From contig CM075991.1 in NCBI GenBank assembly GCA_038087875.1, forward strand, positions 9,798,001 to 9,862,000: DNA of 64,000 nucleotides, in the 5' to 3' direction. Under the pieces are notes generated by a model. That model ran no database searches. It saw only the letters and a program-made list of their open reading frames with translations, and was not told the origin of the DNA. A program made the position numbers and the translations under genes. This DNA comes from Malacoraja senta (Eukaryota). Shown here one piece after another: positions 11,451-24,287 of this stretch; the first letter of the stretch is position 1; each line of letters opens with the position of its first letter.

Positions 11451-12084
11451 CTTTATGGCGCATGGATGCGGAGGGAATGGAAGCACATGGATCACGTGTA
11501 AGGGATCGGTTTAATTTGGCATCACGCTCGGCACAGATATCGTGGGAGTAAAGGCCGGTTCCTGTGCTGTGCTGTACCTTCATCCTCGTGGATCGCAGAT
11601 TATGAGAGTTTTACCGAAGTCGTCTTTTTTTGTTGTTGTTGCGTTCCCGATATTTAACACAAAGCCGCCCCTCTCCTGACTCCTGCTGAGAGTTTACTCT
11701 CTCTGATCATTGCGGGGTTTAGAACAGGAGAGGAGCTGGTGACGGAATTCCAGCGGGCTTTGTAAATATGCATTAGACTGACTTGGAGGCTTCCATTCAT
11801 AATGCAAGCCCATGCCCTCTTCAGAGACACTGCTTCACACTGCCTGTGAAGCAAAGTGTGTCTGGGATTTAGTTGACTCAATCCTTTCTAAAAATATACC
11901 TCTGTTTAAGAAATCAGAGCACTTTCGTCTGTGACTGCTTCCTCCAGACATGTTGCCAAATTTAAGAAATGAAAGATTGAAATCCGAGAACTGAACTGAT
12001 TTCCGAATGTCCACAATCTGAGCCTTCTTGCCTGCTTGTTGCCGAACTCCATGAGAATCACTCGGTGTGAGGAAGGCAGACTAA

Positions 12085-12540
12085 TGCCCCTGTCCCACTT
12101 TGGCGATTTTTTAGGCGACTACAGGCGACTAGGCTGTCGCCACATGGGTCGCCAGGGTGTCGCCTGTATGGTCGTGAGTCGTCTCCTCAGTCGCCCAAAG
12201 AGTCGTAGCGTTTTTCTGGTCGCTGCTGGATTTTGAAATGTTCAAAACCTTTCGGCGACGGTCGGCGACAGTTGGCTCGACGCCAATCAACGTAGCTTGA
12301 CTTCTCCTGATGTAGGTGCTGACGATATGTTGTCGCCAGGATGATGTAGGATGTCACCGGTGCTGACTTCGGTGAATTCCATTGGCGGGTATCGGCGACT
12401 GAATTGTCTTGTCGTCTTCAGTTGTCGCCGACAGGGTCCTACCTCGTCGTAGCTTGTCTCGGGTGGACGTAGGTTGTCGTAGGTGGGGTCGTAGGTGGAC
12501 GTCTTAATGGGTCACCGGTTGTCGGTAGCTTGTCGTCTAC
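12085..12540. mobile_element. Harbinger-type MITE (type B), right TIR missing
   Basis: TAA + tgcccctgtcccact; first ~300 bp homologous to 9496-9801; no closing TIR seen. Confidence 0.75.
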
Positions 12541-12874
12541 TCAGCGGGCCAGGGAGCATCTCTGAAGAGTATGGATAGGTGATGTTTAGGGAGGGGACCC
12601 TTCTTCAGACCCACGTTTTGAGTCGCAATCCTTCTTCAGACAACACTGGAAACACTTCTTCAGAAACATTACCAGTCGCAGGTAGAAAGGCAACTCCACA
12701 CAGGTAGCACGAGAGGTCAGGGGTGAACATATTGTGTGAGTTGCTGCCTTACAGCGGCAGAGTCACAGAATCATAGAGTGATACAGTGTGGAAACAGGCC
12801 CTTTGGCCTAACTTGCCCATACCGGCCAACGTCCCAGCTACACTAGTCCCACCTGCCTGCGTGTGGTGGAAATC

Positions 12875-13090
12875 TGGCTTCGATCCTGACCACGGGTGTT
12901 TGTCTGTACGGAGTTTGTACGTTTTCCCTGTGACCTGTGTGGGTTTCCACCGGGATCTCCGGTTTCCTCCCACACTCCAAAGACGTAGAGGTTTGTAGGT
13001 TAATTGGCTCGGTATAATTGTAAATTGTTGCTAGTGTGTGTATGGTAGTGTTAGTGTGTGGGGATCGCTGTATCTCTAAACTAAACTGAA
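12875..13090 (+). mobile_element. V-SINE, partial
   Basis: B box remnant, V-domain, tail. Confidence 0.8.
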
Positions 13091-13522
13091 CTCTAGGACT
13101 GGTGCTGTGAGGCACCGGCTCTGAATCATAGTGTCGCCCAACCCATGCATGAGGGAAGAACATTTAAGAGATTTATTTTGAAGGAACACATCGGAATGTG
13201 CTACCACCTCTCCACTGCTGTAACCACTGCCAAGAATCAATGGGATACATGTTATTAAACCTTGGAACTGTCCAAAGAGGATGATGCCCATTAATCAGGG
13301 TGAGGTGCTAATTTAAACGCAAGCTTGAAACAAGGCCTAGTCAGGGCCTCAGAGGGCCCTGGTTCTCAGTTAGATACACTTTCACATTTGGATTCAAACC
13401 TGCTTGGGATCTTACTGAAAATAAAAAGCCATTTGAACCATGTCTTGGTTATTTTAAAAACTGCAAACCTCCGAGTGCACCGGGCAACAGAAGAAGACAA
13501 TGTCAGTTAATTCAGTAACGCA

Positions 13523-13798
13523 TTAGTTTAGTTTAGTTTTTAGCCCAGAGATGCAGCGTGGAATCAGCGATCACCCCGTACGCTAACACTATCCTACACA
13601 CACTAAGGACAATTTACAATTTTACCAAAGCCAAATTAACCTACAAACCTGTACGCCTTTGGAGTGTGGGAGGAAACAGGAGCAATCAGAGAAAACCCAC
13701 GCAGGAGAATGTACAAACTCCATACAGACAGCACCCATGGTCAGGATCGAACCCGGGTCTCTGGCGCTGTGAGGCAGCAAGTTCTGCCGCTGCGCCAC
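13523..13798 (-). mobile_element. V-SINE (HE1-like)
   Basis: (TTTAG)n, V-domain, tRNA head. Confidence 0.85.
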
Positions 13799-14361
13799 AA
13801 TAGAGGGGACAATTTTAATTGGCATTCGAAGGGGCGGTGAGTGTTTAACAATCTTTTGTCAACTTAAAAACCGATCGAGGAGAGAAGCCTTGGTTGGCAA
13901 CAGTTGTTAAGGAACATAAACAATGGCAGACCATTAGCTTGTAAGTAGGTGTTGGATTCCAAGAGAACTCTGTGGGGAGCTGGAATTGAAAGAAGCTGTT
14001 CTGGGATCTGGTCCACGCTGGGAGGATCCAGGGAAACATAGCAGGGTGGAATAGAGAGCAGACACAGCACTAGGAAATGTGGATCTGGCGCGGGTAGCTA
14101 ACTGAACTGCGAAGAGGTGTCAGCGATAAGACTAGATAGGGTTTCAGGCGAGCTGAGAGAAAGGAAATACTTGTTGCCAATAACGCTGAATGCAAGACAG
14201 ATGTGGATGATAGGTGGAGCGCCAGTGAGTCTTGGCTCATCAATATTAGACTTTTAACTAATAGACTAAACTGTATTTTTACGGATGTCACAATTCAATT
14301 AAGGCGGAAACAGCTCATGTAGTAAACGTGTTCAACTACAGTCACCGTAATGGTTATTTTA

Positions 14362-14490
14362 TGTGTCGGAAGGAACTGCAGATGCTGGTTTAAACCGAAG
14401 ATAGACACAAAAAGCTGGGTCAGGCAGCATCTCTGGAGAAAAGGACTAGGTGACGTTTCGGGTCGAGACCCTTCTTCAGACTGAGAGTCA
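14362..14490 (-). mobile_element. Penelope-derived hammerhead element
   Basis: ggtgacgtttcgggtcgagacccttcttcagac, the reverse complement of the hammerhead core. Confidence 0.8.
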
Positions 14491-14834
14491 GGGGGAAAGC
14501 ATTTTGTGTTATGTTCTTGCATGGAATCTCTCTCTCAGTGGAACGTGGCCCTTCTCCTGAATATTTTGCTCCTTCTGCAAAGGGATTCCATTGCTCGGAG
14601 AGAGTTTGAGTTTGTGTTTAGTTTCTTGTCATGTGTCCGTGGGTCTCCAGTGAGGTAGACAATAGGTCAGGACTGCTGTCCAGTTGTTGCGAGGGTGGTT
14701 CAGTTCAATTCAGAGGCCCGGACCTCCCTTGGTCTGGGTGTTGGTGACGGGCGGGCTTGTGTTGGCTCTGACGTGGGCAGAATGTGGGCCCATCCTCTCC
14801 CCAACACGCTCGCCACTGTGCTGTTCACAACCAC

Positions 14835-15455
14835 GATGATCCATCTAAGCTGGTCCCCTTTGCCCACATTTGGCCTATATTCATCTAAACCTTTACTATC
14901 CCTGTTCCTGTCCAAATGCCTGTTAAATGCTGTTATAGTCCCTGCCTCAACAATCTCTTTTGGCAGCTAATTCCATATTCCCACCACCCTCTGAGCGAAA
15001 AAAGTTGCCCCTCAAGTTCTTATTAAGTCTCATCTTAAACTGCCTCAGAGGGCGGTGGAGGCCGGTTCTCTGGATGCTTTCAAGAGAGAGCTAGATTGGG
15101 CTCTTAAAAACAGCGGAGTCAGGGGATATGGGGAGAAGGCAGGAATGGGGTACTGATTGGGGATGATCAGCCATGATCACATTGAATGGCGGTGCTGGCT
15201 CAAAGGGCCAAATGGCCTACTCCTGCACCTATTGTCTATTGTCTAAACCTTTGCCCTCTGGTTCTCGATTCCCTTAAATACTCAGTGCATTCACCCTATC
15301 AATTCATGCCTTGATTTTTATACAGCTCCAGAAGATCACCCCTCAGCCTCCTGCGCTTCAAGGAATAAAGTCATAGCTTGCCCATGCTCCCCCTGTAGCT
15401 CAGGCCCTCGAGTCCTGGCAACACCCTCGTAAATCTTCTCTGCACTCTTTCCACA
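14835..15455 (-). mobile_element. CR1-like fragment containing a nested plus-strand CR1 3' end (about 15040-15245)
   Basis: Two LINE subfamilies in opposite orientation. Confidence 0.75.
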
Positions 15456-15847
15456 TTAGTGGCCAGTGGGGACAATCAGAAACCGGAAGAATAGTTCCCT
15501 TTTAGACACAGTTGTGGTGCCAACTGCCATGCCCCTGCGCCACTCAAATCCATCTTATTTTTAGTCCTGTTGAAAGAAAATCGCAAAATCACTCCAGTTG
15601 TGATTAAAAATAAAATCTGATCTCCAGTTAAATTTTGTTTACTTTCTGACATCACTTGCAATTTGAATTTCCCTCTGGGATTGAATTCCAGAAACATGGA
15701 TGAAGCCATGTGGAAATGATATATATTTGTATCACAGCAATTGGAACTGCTGGGATCTGGGAATAAAAAGACCATTTTTTATCATATATGGGCTTCTGTC
15801 CTTAAAGGGACAGAATCTGTTGAAGACAAGGTTATGTGCTGGGTGGC

Positions 15848-16450
15848 AGGGTGGCACAGTGGTAGAGTTGCTGCCTTACAGCACCAGAGACCCGGGTTTG
15901 ATCCTGACTACGGGTGCTTGTCTGTATGGAGTTTGTACGTTCTCCCTGTGACCGCCGAGCGGTGGCGCAGTGTTAGAGTTGCTACCTTACAGCGCTTGTT
16001 TGGGAGACCCTCTTTCGATCCCGACTACGGGTGCCGTCTGTACGGAATTTGTACGTCCTCCCCGTGACCTGCATGGGTTTTCTCCGAGATCTTCGATTTC
16101 CTTCCACACTGCAAAAACGCACCGGTTTTTAGGTTAATTGGCTTGGTAAATGTCCCTTGTGTGTGTATTCCCATTGTTAATATGCGGGGATCGCTGGTCG
16201 GCGCGGACCCAGTGGGCCGAAGGGCCTGTTTCCATGCTGTATCTCTAAACTAAACTGTGTGGATTTTCTCTGGGATCTCCAGTTTTCTTCCACACTCCAA
16301 AGACGTACAGGTCTGTAGGCTAATTGGCATGGTATATTTTGTTAATTGGTCCCTAGTGTGTGTAGGGTAGTGTAAGTGTGCGGGGATCGCTGGTCGGCAT
16401 ATACTCCCTGGGCCGAAGGGCCTGTTTCTGCACTGTCTCTAAAACTAAAA
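15848..16450 (+). mobile_element. V-SINE with a second V-SINE (about 15953-16256) nested in its V-domain
   Basis: Head, then a complete second copy, then the remainder of the first copy. Confidence 0.85.
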
Positions 16451-16465
16451 AATGACTAAAACAAG

Positions 16466-16725
16466 ATTTAAGAGAGAGTTAGATAGAGCTCTAGGGGCTA
16501 GTGGAATCAAGGGATATGGGGAGAAAGCAGGCACGGGTTATTGATAGGGGATGATCAGCCATGATCACAATAATTCATTTTATTTACTGGCGCCTTTCTA
16601 AAACCCAAGGACACCTTACAAGGCATAGAATCACAAAAATACAAAACACAGTGGTATCCAATGAATGGCGGTGCTGGCTCGAAGGGCCGAATGGCCTCCT
16701 CCTGCACCTGTTCTCTATGTTTCTA
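16466..16725 (+). mobile_element. CR1-like 3' end interrupted by an L2-type tail
   Basis: FKRELDRALGASGIKGYGEKAGTGY; insertion at about 16572-16657. Confidence 0.8.
16572..16657 (-). mobile_element. Short L2-type LINE/SINE 3' tail
   Basis: Reverse strand reads tgtaaggtgtccttgggttttagaaaggcgcc..aaataaaatg; caat on both flanks. Confidence 0.55.
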
Positions 16726-18153
16726 TCTGCAGTTCCTTCCTGCACAGGATACCACTGAGCTCTGGGAAGTGGCGTTTGGCTGAAGTCTCTTCCCGCTAGC
16801 ATGGGCACAGTGGGCCAAATGGCCTGCGTTTATACATTTCCGCACTTCGTTTCTTTGCGCAGAGGTTGACCCTGGGCCTAAATGGATCAGCGCTCACGTA
16901 CTCGCAATGCAGAGGAGATGGGAGGCAGATGAGAGTATTTACATTTTTGCACGTTATGTTTTAAAACAAGATTCATTGGAAACAAATGAAAGTCAGGCTG
17001 AGCAAGGTCGCCGAGGGACAAGGGGGGGGCCAAGACCAACCTTGGGTGCCCACACAACGCTGGAGTTTTCACCCCCCCCCTCACTACGGGAGGCATTAAA
17101 CAGTTATCTGGTTATATCTGACGGCAGGTCGTGGAGGCACAGCTCAGGTAGTCGGTGGTTCGAACAGATGTGGCGTGTCTCTTGTCAGGCAGCGTTAGGA
17201 AGACTGACAGGAGAAGAAGTGGGTAATTTGATCTCCCACTGATTAGTGTTGCCTCAAGCTGAGCTCTAAAGAGAAAATTAATCTTCTACATCGTCAAATA
17301 ATCCTATCACTTGCATCTAACGCAATAATAAGGCTCGGACTTGCTCACTCACCCAGGCGATCCGCATGAGGTGGGCAACACTACCCTGGGAACGGGCTAT
17401 GAGAGCTTCTGACAGTTGACGGACAGCTGGATTCTTTCCTGGGAGTGCTGTCTGAAATATCGAGGCCAGATGGAAAATCACACCTCATGTTTAATATTCA
17501 TTTTCGGGGAAGATAGAGGTCCCAATTCCCAAGAACGTTTCATTGTTGCATGCTGTGTATATTTTGTACGCCTCCCTTTGTCATTCTCTTCTTCCACACA
17601 GTCATACAAAACCATGTTGCATGTCAGGTAAAACCTATGTTCTTCTCCGTAAAAAGCGAACTGGGTTTGGCGCGCATTTTCCAGAACGATTCTTGCCCCG
17701 TGTCAAATCTGGCCCTCTGGCAGCGGAACAACAGTTTGTATTTGTGTTGAGCCTTCATTGTCAGCATATGTTGCAAAGGGATGTTATCAGGGAAATCTCG
17801 ACAGGGTGGTAAATGGCGCAGTGATTGTAGCGAGTCACACAAATGCGGAAACAGTCCCTTCGGCCCATCCAGTCCATGCCGGCCACCAAGCCCCAATTAA
17901 TGCTCATCCATTTTATTCCCCCCGAGTTCCCCTCAGTTCCCTCCGCTCATTGACACACGTACGCAATCAATCTACCAATCTGCACGTCTTTGGGGTGTGC
18001 GGAGCAAACTCCGCAGAGACAGCGCTGGATGGCAGGATTGAGCCTGGGACCCTGGAGCTGCGAGGCAGTTGTTCTACTCAGCTGCCTACACTTAGGCATT
18101 TTCAAGGCAATTTACCTGAATGGTTAAAGGGTGGAAGGATCTCTGCTGCAAGA

Positions 18154-18367
18154 GGGCGCGGCACGGTGGAGCATCGGTAGAGTTGCTGCCTTGCAGCGCC
18201 AGAGACCCGGGTTCGATCCCGGCTACGGGTGCTGTCTGTGCGGAGTTTGTACGTTCTCCCCGTGACCTGGGGGTGGGTTTTCTCCAGGATCTCCGGATTC
18301 CTCCAACAATCCAAAGAAGTACAGGTTTGCAGGTTAATTGGCTTGGTGTAAATGTAAATTGTCCCTA
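18154..18367 (+). mobile_element. V-SINE, 3'-truncated
   Basis: tRNA head and V-domain. Confidence 0.85.
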
Positions 18368-18472
18368 ATGATGGGTGGAACCAGATGGTGAGGAGATGAT
18401 GGGCAGAGCATTGACCTGAAATGTCGACCGGCACCTTTTCCTTCCACAGATGCTGCCCGATCCGTTGGGTTA

Positions 18473-18770
18473 GAGCATAGAACAGTACAGCACAGGAACA
18501 GGCCCTTCGGCCCACAATGTCTGTGCCATATATTATACCGACCAACTAACCTCATCCACCTGCACATGATATATATATCCCTCCATTCCCTGCACATCCA
18601 TGTGCCTATCTAAAAGCCTCTTAAACACCACCGTCGTATCTGCCTCCACCACCAACTCTGGCAGCGTGTCCAGGCACTCACCACTCTCTGTGTAAAAATA
18701 CCTGCTCCGTCCGCCTGCCTTGTTTAAACTTTGCCCCTTATTGCTATGCCCTCCTGTCTTTGACTGTCTG
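18473..18770 (-). mobile_element. CR1-like LINE 3' fragment
   Basis: Tail gggccgaagggcctgttcctgtgctgtactgttctatg on the minus strand. Confidence 0.75.
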
Positions 18771-19237
18771 AGCTATCCCAGCATTCTGTTTTTAATTTCT
18801 TTCCAGGTTCTCCCAAGAGTGGTTCTAAACTCAATGTATACCTTTCCACGTTAAACATTTCCCAAATACTTTGATTTTTTTTTTTTTTTAACTGTAAATC
18901 TTTGGATTTCATGTGGCTACTTTGAAAGTCCATAAACAGATTATAAAGAAGAGGAATTTTATTTGAAAGGGAATTTTACCTCTCACTCAGCTGATTCTAA
19001 CTTTCTTTGTTGTCTAAGTTTACAACATGCTCATGTTTTATGGTATTGCGTTACTCACTTTCTACTATAGAAGGTACATTTAATATTATTGAGAGTTTCT
19101 TTCGGCCGTGACTGAAATCTGCTGCTGCCAAGCCAAACCCTCCTTGGGTTTAAGAACTTGCTGCCAAGCTGCATTGCCAGGGTGCTTGGAGGGTTCATAT
19201 GGCTGAGAGTCAAGTCAAGAATGTTTTATTTGTCACA

Positions 19238-19672
19238 TAATAATAATAATAATATTATTTATAGAGCACTTTAAAAACAACCACAGTTGCAACAAATTGC
19301 TGTACATGACTAATCATGGACAAGAAATTATTACATAACAATAAAAACATTAAACGAAAGAGTAAAAACAATAATATTAAAAACATTAAAAGCACTAAAA
19401 ACAGGAGCAAAGTCTCAAGCAGTGTCAAAAGCCAAGGAATATAAATGTGTTTTAATACTGGTTTTGAAGATGGACAGTGAGGGGGCCTGTCTGATGTGCA
19501 ACGGCAGGGTGTTCCAGAGTGCCGGAGCAGCAACAGAGAAGGCTCTATCCCCTCTGAGCTTCCGCTTAGACCTCGGTACCTCCAGGAGCAGCTGATCAGC
19601 TGACCTGAGGCACCGGGGCAGGAGCGTATGGGTGGAGCAGTTCAGAGAGGTAAGGCGGGGCGAGCCCATTTA
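19238..19672 (-). mobile_element. L2-clade LINE 3' fragment inserted in another LINE 3'UTR
   Basis: LRSADQLLLEVPRSKRKLRGDRAFSVAAPALWNTLPLHIRQAPSLSIFKTSIKTHLYSLAF; (TTA)n tail. Confidence 0.85.
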
Positions 19673-19786
19673 GATATGTCCCAGATAGAACAATGAATCT
19701 CTTACTTGCAGCAGCACAACAGAATATGTAAACATAGTACACTGTAAACAATATATTATACGAGAAAAAAAGTTCAGTGTGTGTAT

Positions 19787-19972
19787 ATAGCTATATTTAA
19801 GAGGGAGTTAGATGTGGCCCTTGTGGCTAAAGGGATCAGAGGGTATGGAGAGAAGGCAGGTACGGGATACTGAGTTGGATGATCAGCCATGATCATATTG
19901 AATGGCGGTGCAGGCTCGAAGGGCCGAATGGCCTACTCCTGCACCTAATTTCTATGTTTCTATGTTTCTATG
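19787..19972 (+). mobile_element. CR1-like 3' end
   Basis: IFKRELDVALVAKGIRGYGEKAGTGY and tail. Confidence 0.85.
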
Positions 19973-19975
19973 TTT

Positions 19976-20260
<285 letters not shown>

Positions 20261-20793
20261 GTGGAGGAAGGAACTGCAGATGCTGGTTTAAATCGAATAT
20301 AGACACAAAAAACTGGAGTAACTCAGTGGGACTGGCAGCATCTCTGGAGAAATAGGAATTGGTGACATTCTTCAGACAGTTTGAAGAAGGGTCTCGAGAT
20401 GCTGCCTCTCTCGCTGAGTTACTCCGGCTTTTTGTATATATGTACACACACACACATACAAATGTGCACACCATTTATAAGTGCCCTGCAGTTCCTCACC
20501 CAAGCTACTGCAACCATATCTCTCAACCCCCCAGCCATTCTCATCAGGCAGGATAAGGGCTGCAGATACCTGGAGACACCACAACCTTCAAGGTCTCCCT
20601 GAGTTAGGCAACATGCTGGAGTAATGCAGTGGGTCACACAGCATCTCTGGAGAAAGGAATAGGGAACATTTCTGGTCGGGACTCTTCTTCTGGTCTCCCT
20701 CCAGCCGCACTCCGTCCTAATTGGTAAATACATCACTGGTCCACCATCGTTACTGGGTCTAAATCCTGGAAATCTCTCAATCCTGGAAATCTA

Positions 20794-21720
20794 GGGCGGC
20801 ACGGTGGCGCAGCGGTAGAGCTACTGGCTTACAGCGCCAGAGTCCCGGGTTCGATCCTGCTTGGCTGTATAGAAACATAGAAAATAGGTGCAGGAGTAGG
20901 CCATTCGGCCCTTCGAGCCTGCACCGCCATTCAATATGATCATGGCTGATCATCCAACTCAGTATCCCGTACCTGCCTTCTCTCCATACCCCCTGATCCC
21001 TTTAGCCACAAGGGCCACATCTAACTCCCTCTTAAATATAGCCAATGAACTGGTCTCAACTACCCTCTGTGGCAGAGAGTTCCAGAGATTCACCACTCTC
21101 TGTGTGAAAAAGTTTTTCCTCATCTCGGTCTTAAAGGATTTCCCCCTTATCCTTAAGCTGTGACCCCTTGTCCTGGACTTCCCCAACATCGGGAACAATC
21201 TTCCTGCATCTAGCCTGTCCAACCCCATAAGAATTTTGTACGTTTCTATAAGATCCCCTCTCAATCTCCTAAATTCTAGCGAGTATAAGCCAAGTCTATC
21301 CAGTCTTTCTTCATATGAAAGTCCTGACATCCCAGGAATCAGTCTGGTGAACCTTCTCTGCACTCCCTCTATGGCTATAATGTCCTTCCTCAGATTTGGA
21401 GACCAAAACTGTACGCAATACTCCAGGTGTGGTCTCACCAAGACCCTGTACAACTGCAGTAGAACCTCCCACATGGAGTCTGGAGTCTGTATGGAGTCTG
21501 TACATTCTCCCCGTGACCCGCGTGGGTTTTCTCCGAGATCTTCGGTTTCCTCCCACACTCCAAAGACGTACAGGTTAATTGGCTTGGCGTAAATGTAAAA
21601 TTGTCCCTAGTGTGTGTCGGATTGTGTTAATGTGTGGGGATCGCTGGTCGGTGCGGACTTGGTGGGCCGAAGGGCCTGTTCCCGCTCTGTATCTCTAAAC
21701 TAGACTAAACTAAACTAAAC
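20794..21720 (+). mobile_element. V-SINE split by a CR1 insertion
   Basis: Head 20794-20867; V-domain and tail from about 21481. Confidence 0.85.
20868..21470 (-). mobile_element. CR1-like LINE 3' ~600 bp with an open ORF2 C-terminal frame
   Basis: [24 protein letters not shown]...RVVNLWNSLPQRVVE...GYGEKAGTGY* uninterrupted. Confidence 0.95.
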
Positions 21721-22083
21721 TCACCAACATCTTCACCAGAAGAACATCAGAAGCTCCCCACCACTTTCCCATGCAACTGGAAAAAGACAAACAATCCCCA
21801 AAAATTAATTTAAAAAAATTTAGACGATGACATTTTGCTTCAAGGTTGTTTATTGGGCAATATTGGGCACAGATAAAGAACAGGATAAAATTGTGAAGAT
21901 CATGAATGGGTTGCTGAGGAAAATTATGTGCCACTCACTCGATGAAACGGTAGTTGAGACAGGAACTGGATGCATAACAAAATACCTGATAAGGCACTCG
22001 TAGGTCTGCAGGGTTACAGACCAAGAGCTGGGAATTAGGATTCATAAATGTGGAAGAATTTCATTCAGTCCATCTCAGCCATG

Positions 22084-22383
22084 GATTGCAACCTTGTCGT
22101 GGTCGGGGAGCGTGTGTGTCTCAGTGACCCCTAGAGCTATGCCAGCGGGAGATTCGCCTCCTGTTAGGGTCTCCCATGCTGGACAAGGTCGAAGGGTAGA
22201 GGCGAGACGAAGAGCAATCCACTGGTCCTCCAGGTTGGAGGTTGAGCACGGGGCTAGCAACCCTGTCTCGTAAAACAAATATGTTACGGAAACAGCAACT
22301 GAAGGCATCAACACTACTGAGTGGAGGACCTTCGTTGCTGCCCTACATGCCAGGAGGCATAACAGGCAGTAAGTAAGTAAGTA
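22084..22383 (+). mobile_element. Bipartite non-autonomous RTE element (RTE 5'UTR fused to RTE 3' end)
   Basis: BovB/RTE-like 5' motifs accttgtcgtgg, gagctatgcc, tccactgg; 3' EWRTFVAAL-like remnant and (GTAA)n tail; 12-bp TSD atctcagccatg at 22072-22083 and 22384-22395. Confidence 0.8.
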
Positions 22384-23127
22384 ATCTCAGCCATGCTAGC
22401 CCGTTTGGGGTTAGCATGGCCGTGATGGTCTGAATGGTTTCCTTCCTTGTTGTAAACTAAAGCATCCAAATGGAATTCCTTGCTGCAGTTATTGCTGTGA
22501 CCGTACTCTCTGCACTGTTCAGAATTTGCCGTGGGTTTAATTCATTAGTTGAGTCGAACAGATGCAGAACAATATTTCACACTGTGAGGTATAGTTGGCT
22601 GAGAGAACGGCTTTGATATTACTTCAGGCTCTCAGTTACTTAAGGAGCGTACGTCCTGTCGAGTTCAAGGTCCTTTGAATTGTGCTTGGTGAATATGCTC
22701 CTCCAGCACTGCATGAGGTGTGATCACTAGACCTCTCTGTTAGGTGCCTTGCACTAAAATTTAACAAGTTGCAATCAAGCTGCCCTATGAGAAGAAATTT
22801 CTCCTCATTGTCTCCCTGCCTCTTGCTCCACATATGTACACATTTGCTGCCTTTCCCCCAAACCATAGGTGGTCATTGTGACATTTTCGAGGGGTGAATA
22901 TCTCAAGTATGTATTGGGTAGAAGATGGCGCAGAGAACGAGCTTATTCCTCCAGTTGTAAGGGGGCGCTATCACAGGAAGCTCTGCCAGACACTTTCTAA
23001 CAACTGGCTCTTCTGCCAATGGAAGCAGGGGCAGGCTATTCAACTGTGAAGTTCATCAAATTGCACCCAACTGTTCATGATATCCCTTTAAACTACTACT
23101 ACACCCATTTTTTTTGATGGAATAAAA

Positions 23128-23330
23128 CAAAGTGCTGGAGGTACTCATCAGGTCAGGCAACATCTGTGGAGAGAAATGGACAGACGATGTTTCATGTCAG
23201 GACCTTTCTTCAGTCTGAAGAAGGGTCACGGCCCGAAATGTCACCTATTCCTTTTCTCCAGAGATGCTGCCTGACCCGCTGAGTTACTCCAGCATATTGT
23301 GTCTATCTTTGGTGTAAACCAGCATCTGCA
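23128..23330. mobile_element. Inverted pair of Penelope-derived hammerhead elements
   Basis: cttcttcagtctgaagaagg centre; arms homologous. Confidence 0.75.
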
Positions 23331-23744
23331 TAGAATCATATAGAAACGTAGAATATAGGTGCAGGAGGAGGCCCTTCGAGCCAGCACCGCCATTCATTGT
23401 AATCATGGCTGATCGTCCCCAATCAATAACCCGTGCCTGCCTTCTCCCCATATCCCTTGATTCCACAAGCCCCTAGAGCTCTATCTAACTCTCTCTTAAA
23501 TCCATCCAGTGACTTGGCCTCCACTGCCCTCTGTGGCAGGGAATTCCACAAATTCACCACTCTCTGGGTGAAAAAGCTTTTTCTCACCTCAGTTTTAAAT
23601 GGCCTCCCCTTTATTCTAACTCTGGCCCCTGGTTCTGGACTCGCCCAACATTGGGAACATTTTTCCTGCATCTAGCTTGTCCAGTCCTTTTTATAAGTTT
23701 CTATAAGATTCCCCCTCATCCTTCTAAACTCCAGTGAATACAAG
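23330..23744 (-). mobile_element. CR1-like LINE 3' fragment
   Basis: FFTQRVVNLWNSLPQRAVEA...GYGEKAGTGY. Confidence 0.9.
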
Positions 23745-24084
23745 CAGTTCCTTACCACGCCAAGATGTGGCCTGTCCATTTCCCTCTGCAGATGCTACCT
23801 GATCCGCTGAGTTCCTCCACCACTTTGTGTTTTTGCTCAAATTTCCAGCATCTGCAGTCTCTTGTGCCTCCAATTTTTTGTAGGCCTGCCCGACCATTTC
23901 AGTTTCACATTTTGCTCCCCTGAAGTGCTGTGGCATGGTTTAATGGAGATGCCAGACACATTAAACTCCTGTTGTTGTTGGGCGAGACCTTCCCCTTCAA
24001 CTCCGCCTATCTCCCCATGCCCGCTCCACAAACAGGCTAGGGAAACAATGTTCTTACTTGATCAGTACCTGGAACCTGCAGTAA

Positions 24085-24287
24085 ACCTGTAGGAAGGAAC
24101 TGGTGATGCTGGGTTAAACCGGAGATAGACTCAAAAAAGCTGGAGTAACTCAGCGGATCAGACAACATCTCTGGAGAAAAGGAATAGGCGACATTTTGGG
24201 TCGAGAGCTTCCAGAACAGAATGAATCTGAACAAGGATCTCCAGAGATGCTGTCTGACCCGCTGAGTTACTCCAGCTTTGTGTGTCT
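24085..24287. mobile_element. Palindromic Penelope-derived element
   Basis: 11-bp TSD acctgcagtaa at 24074-24084 and 24288-24298. Confidence 0.75.

Noticed and set aside
20959..21558. 199-aa ORF as a host gene
   Set aside because: Chance fusion of antisense SINE sequence with a truncated CR1 ORF2 C-terminus
22915..22970. CTCF/YY1-like motifs (aagatggcgc, agggggcgct)
   Set aside because: Only partial matches, expected by chance in 64 kb
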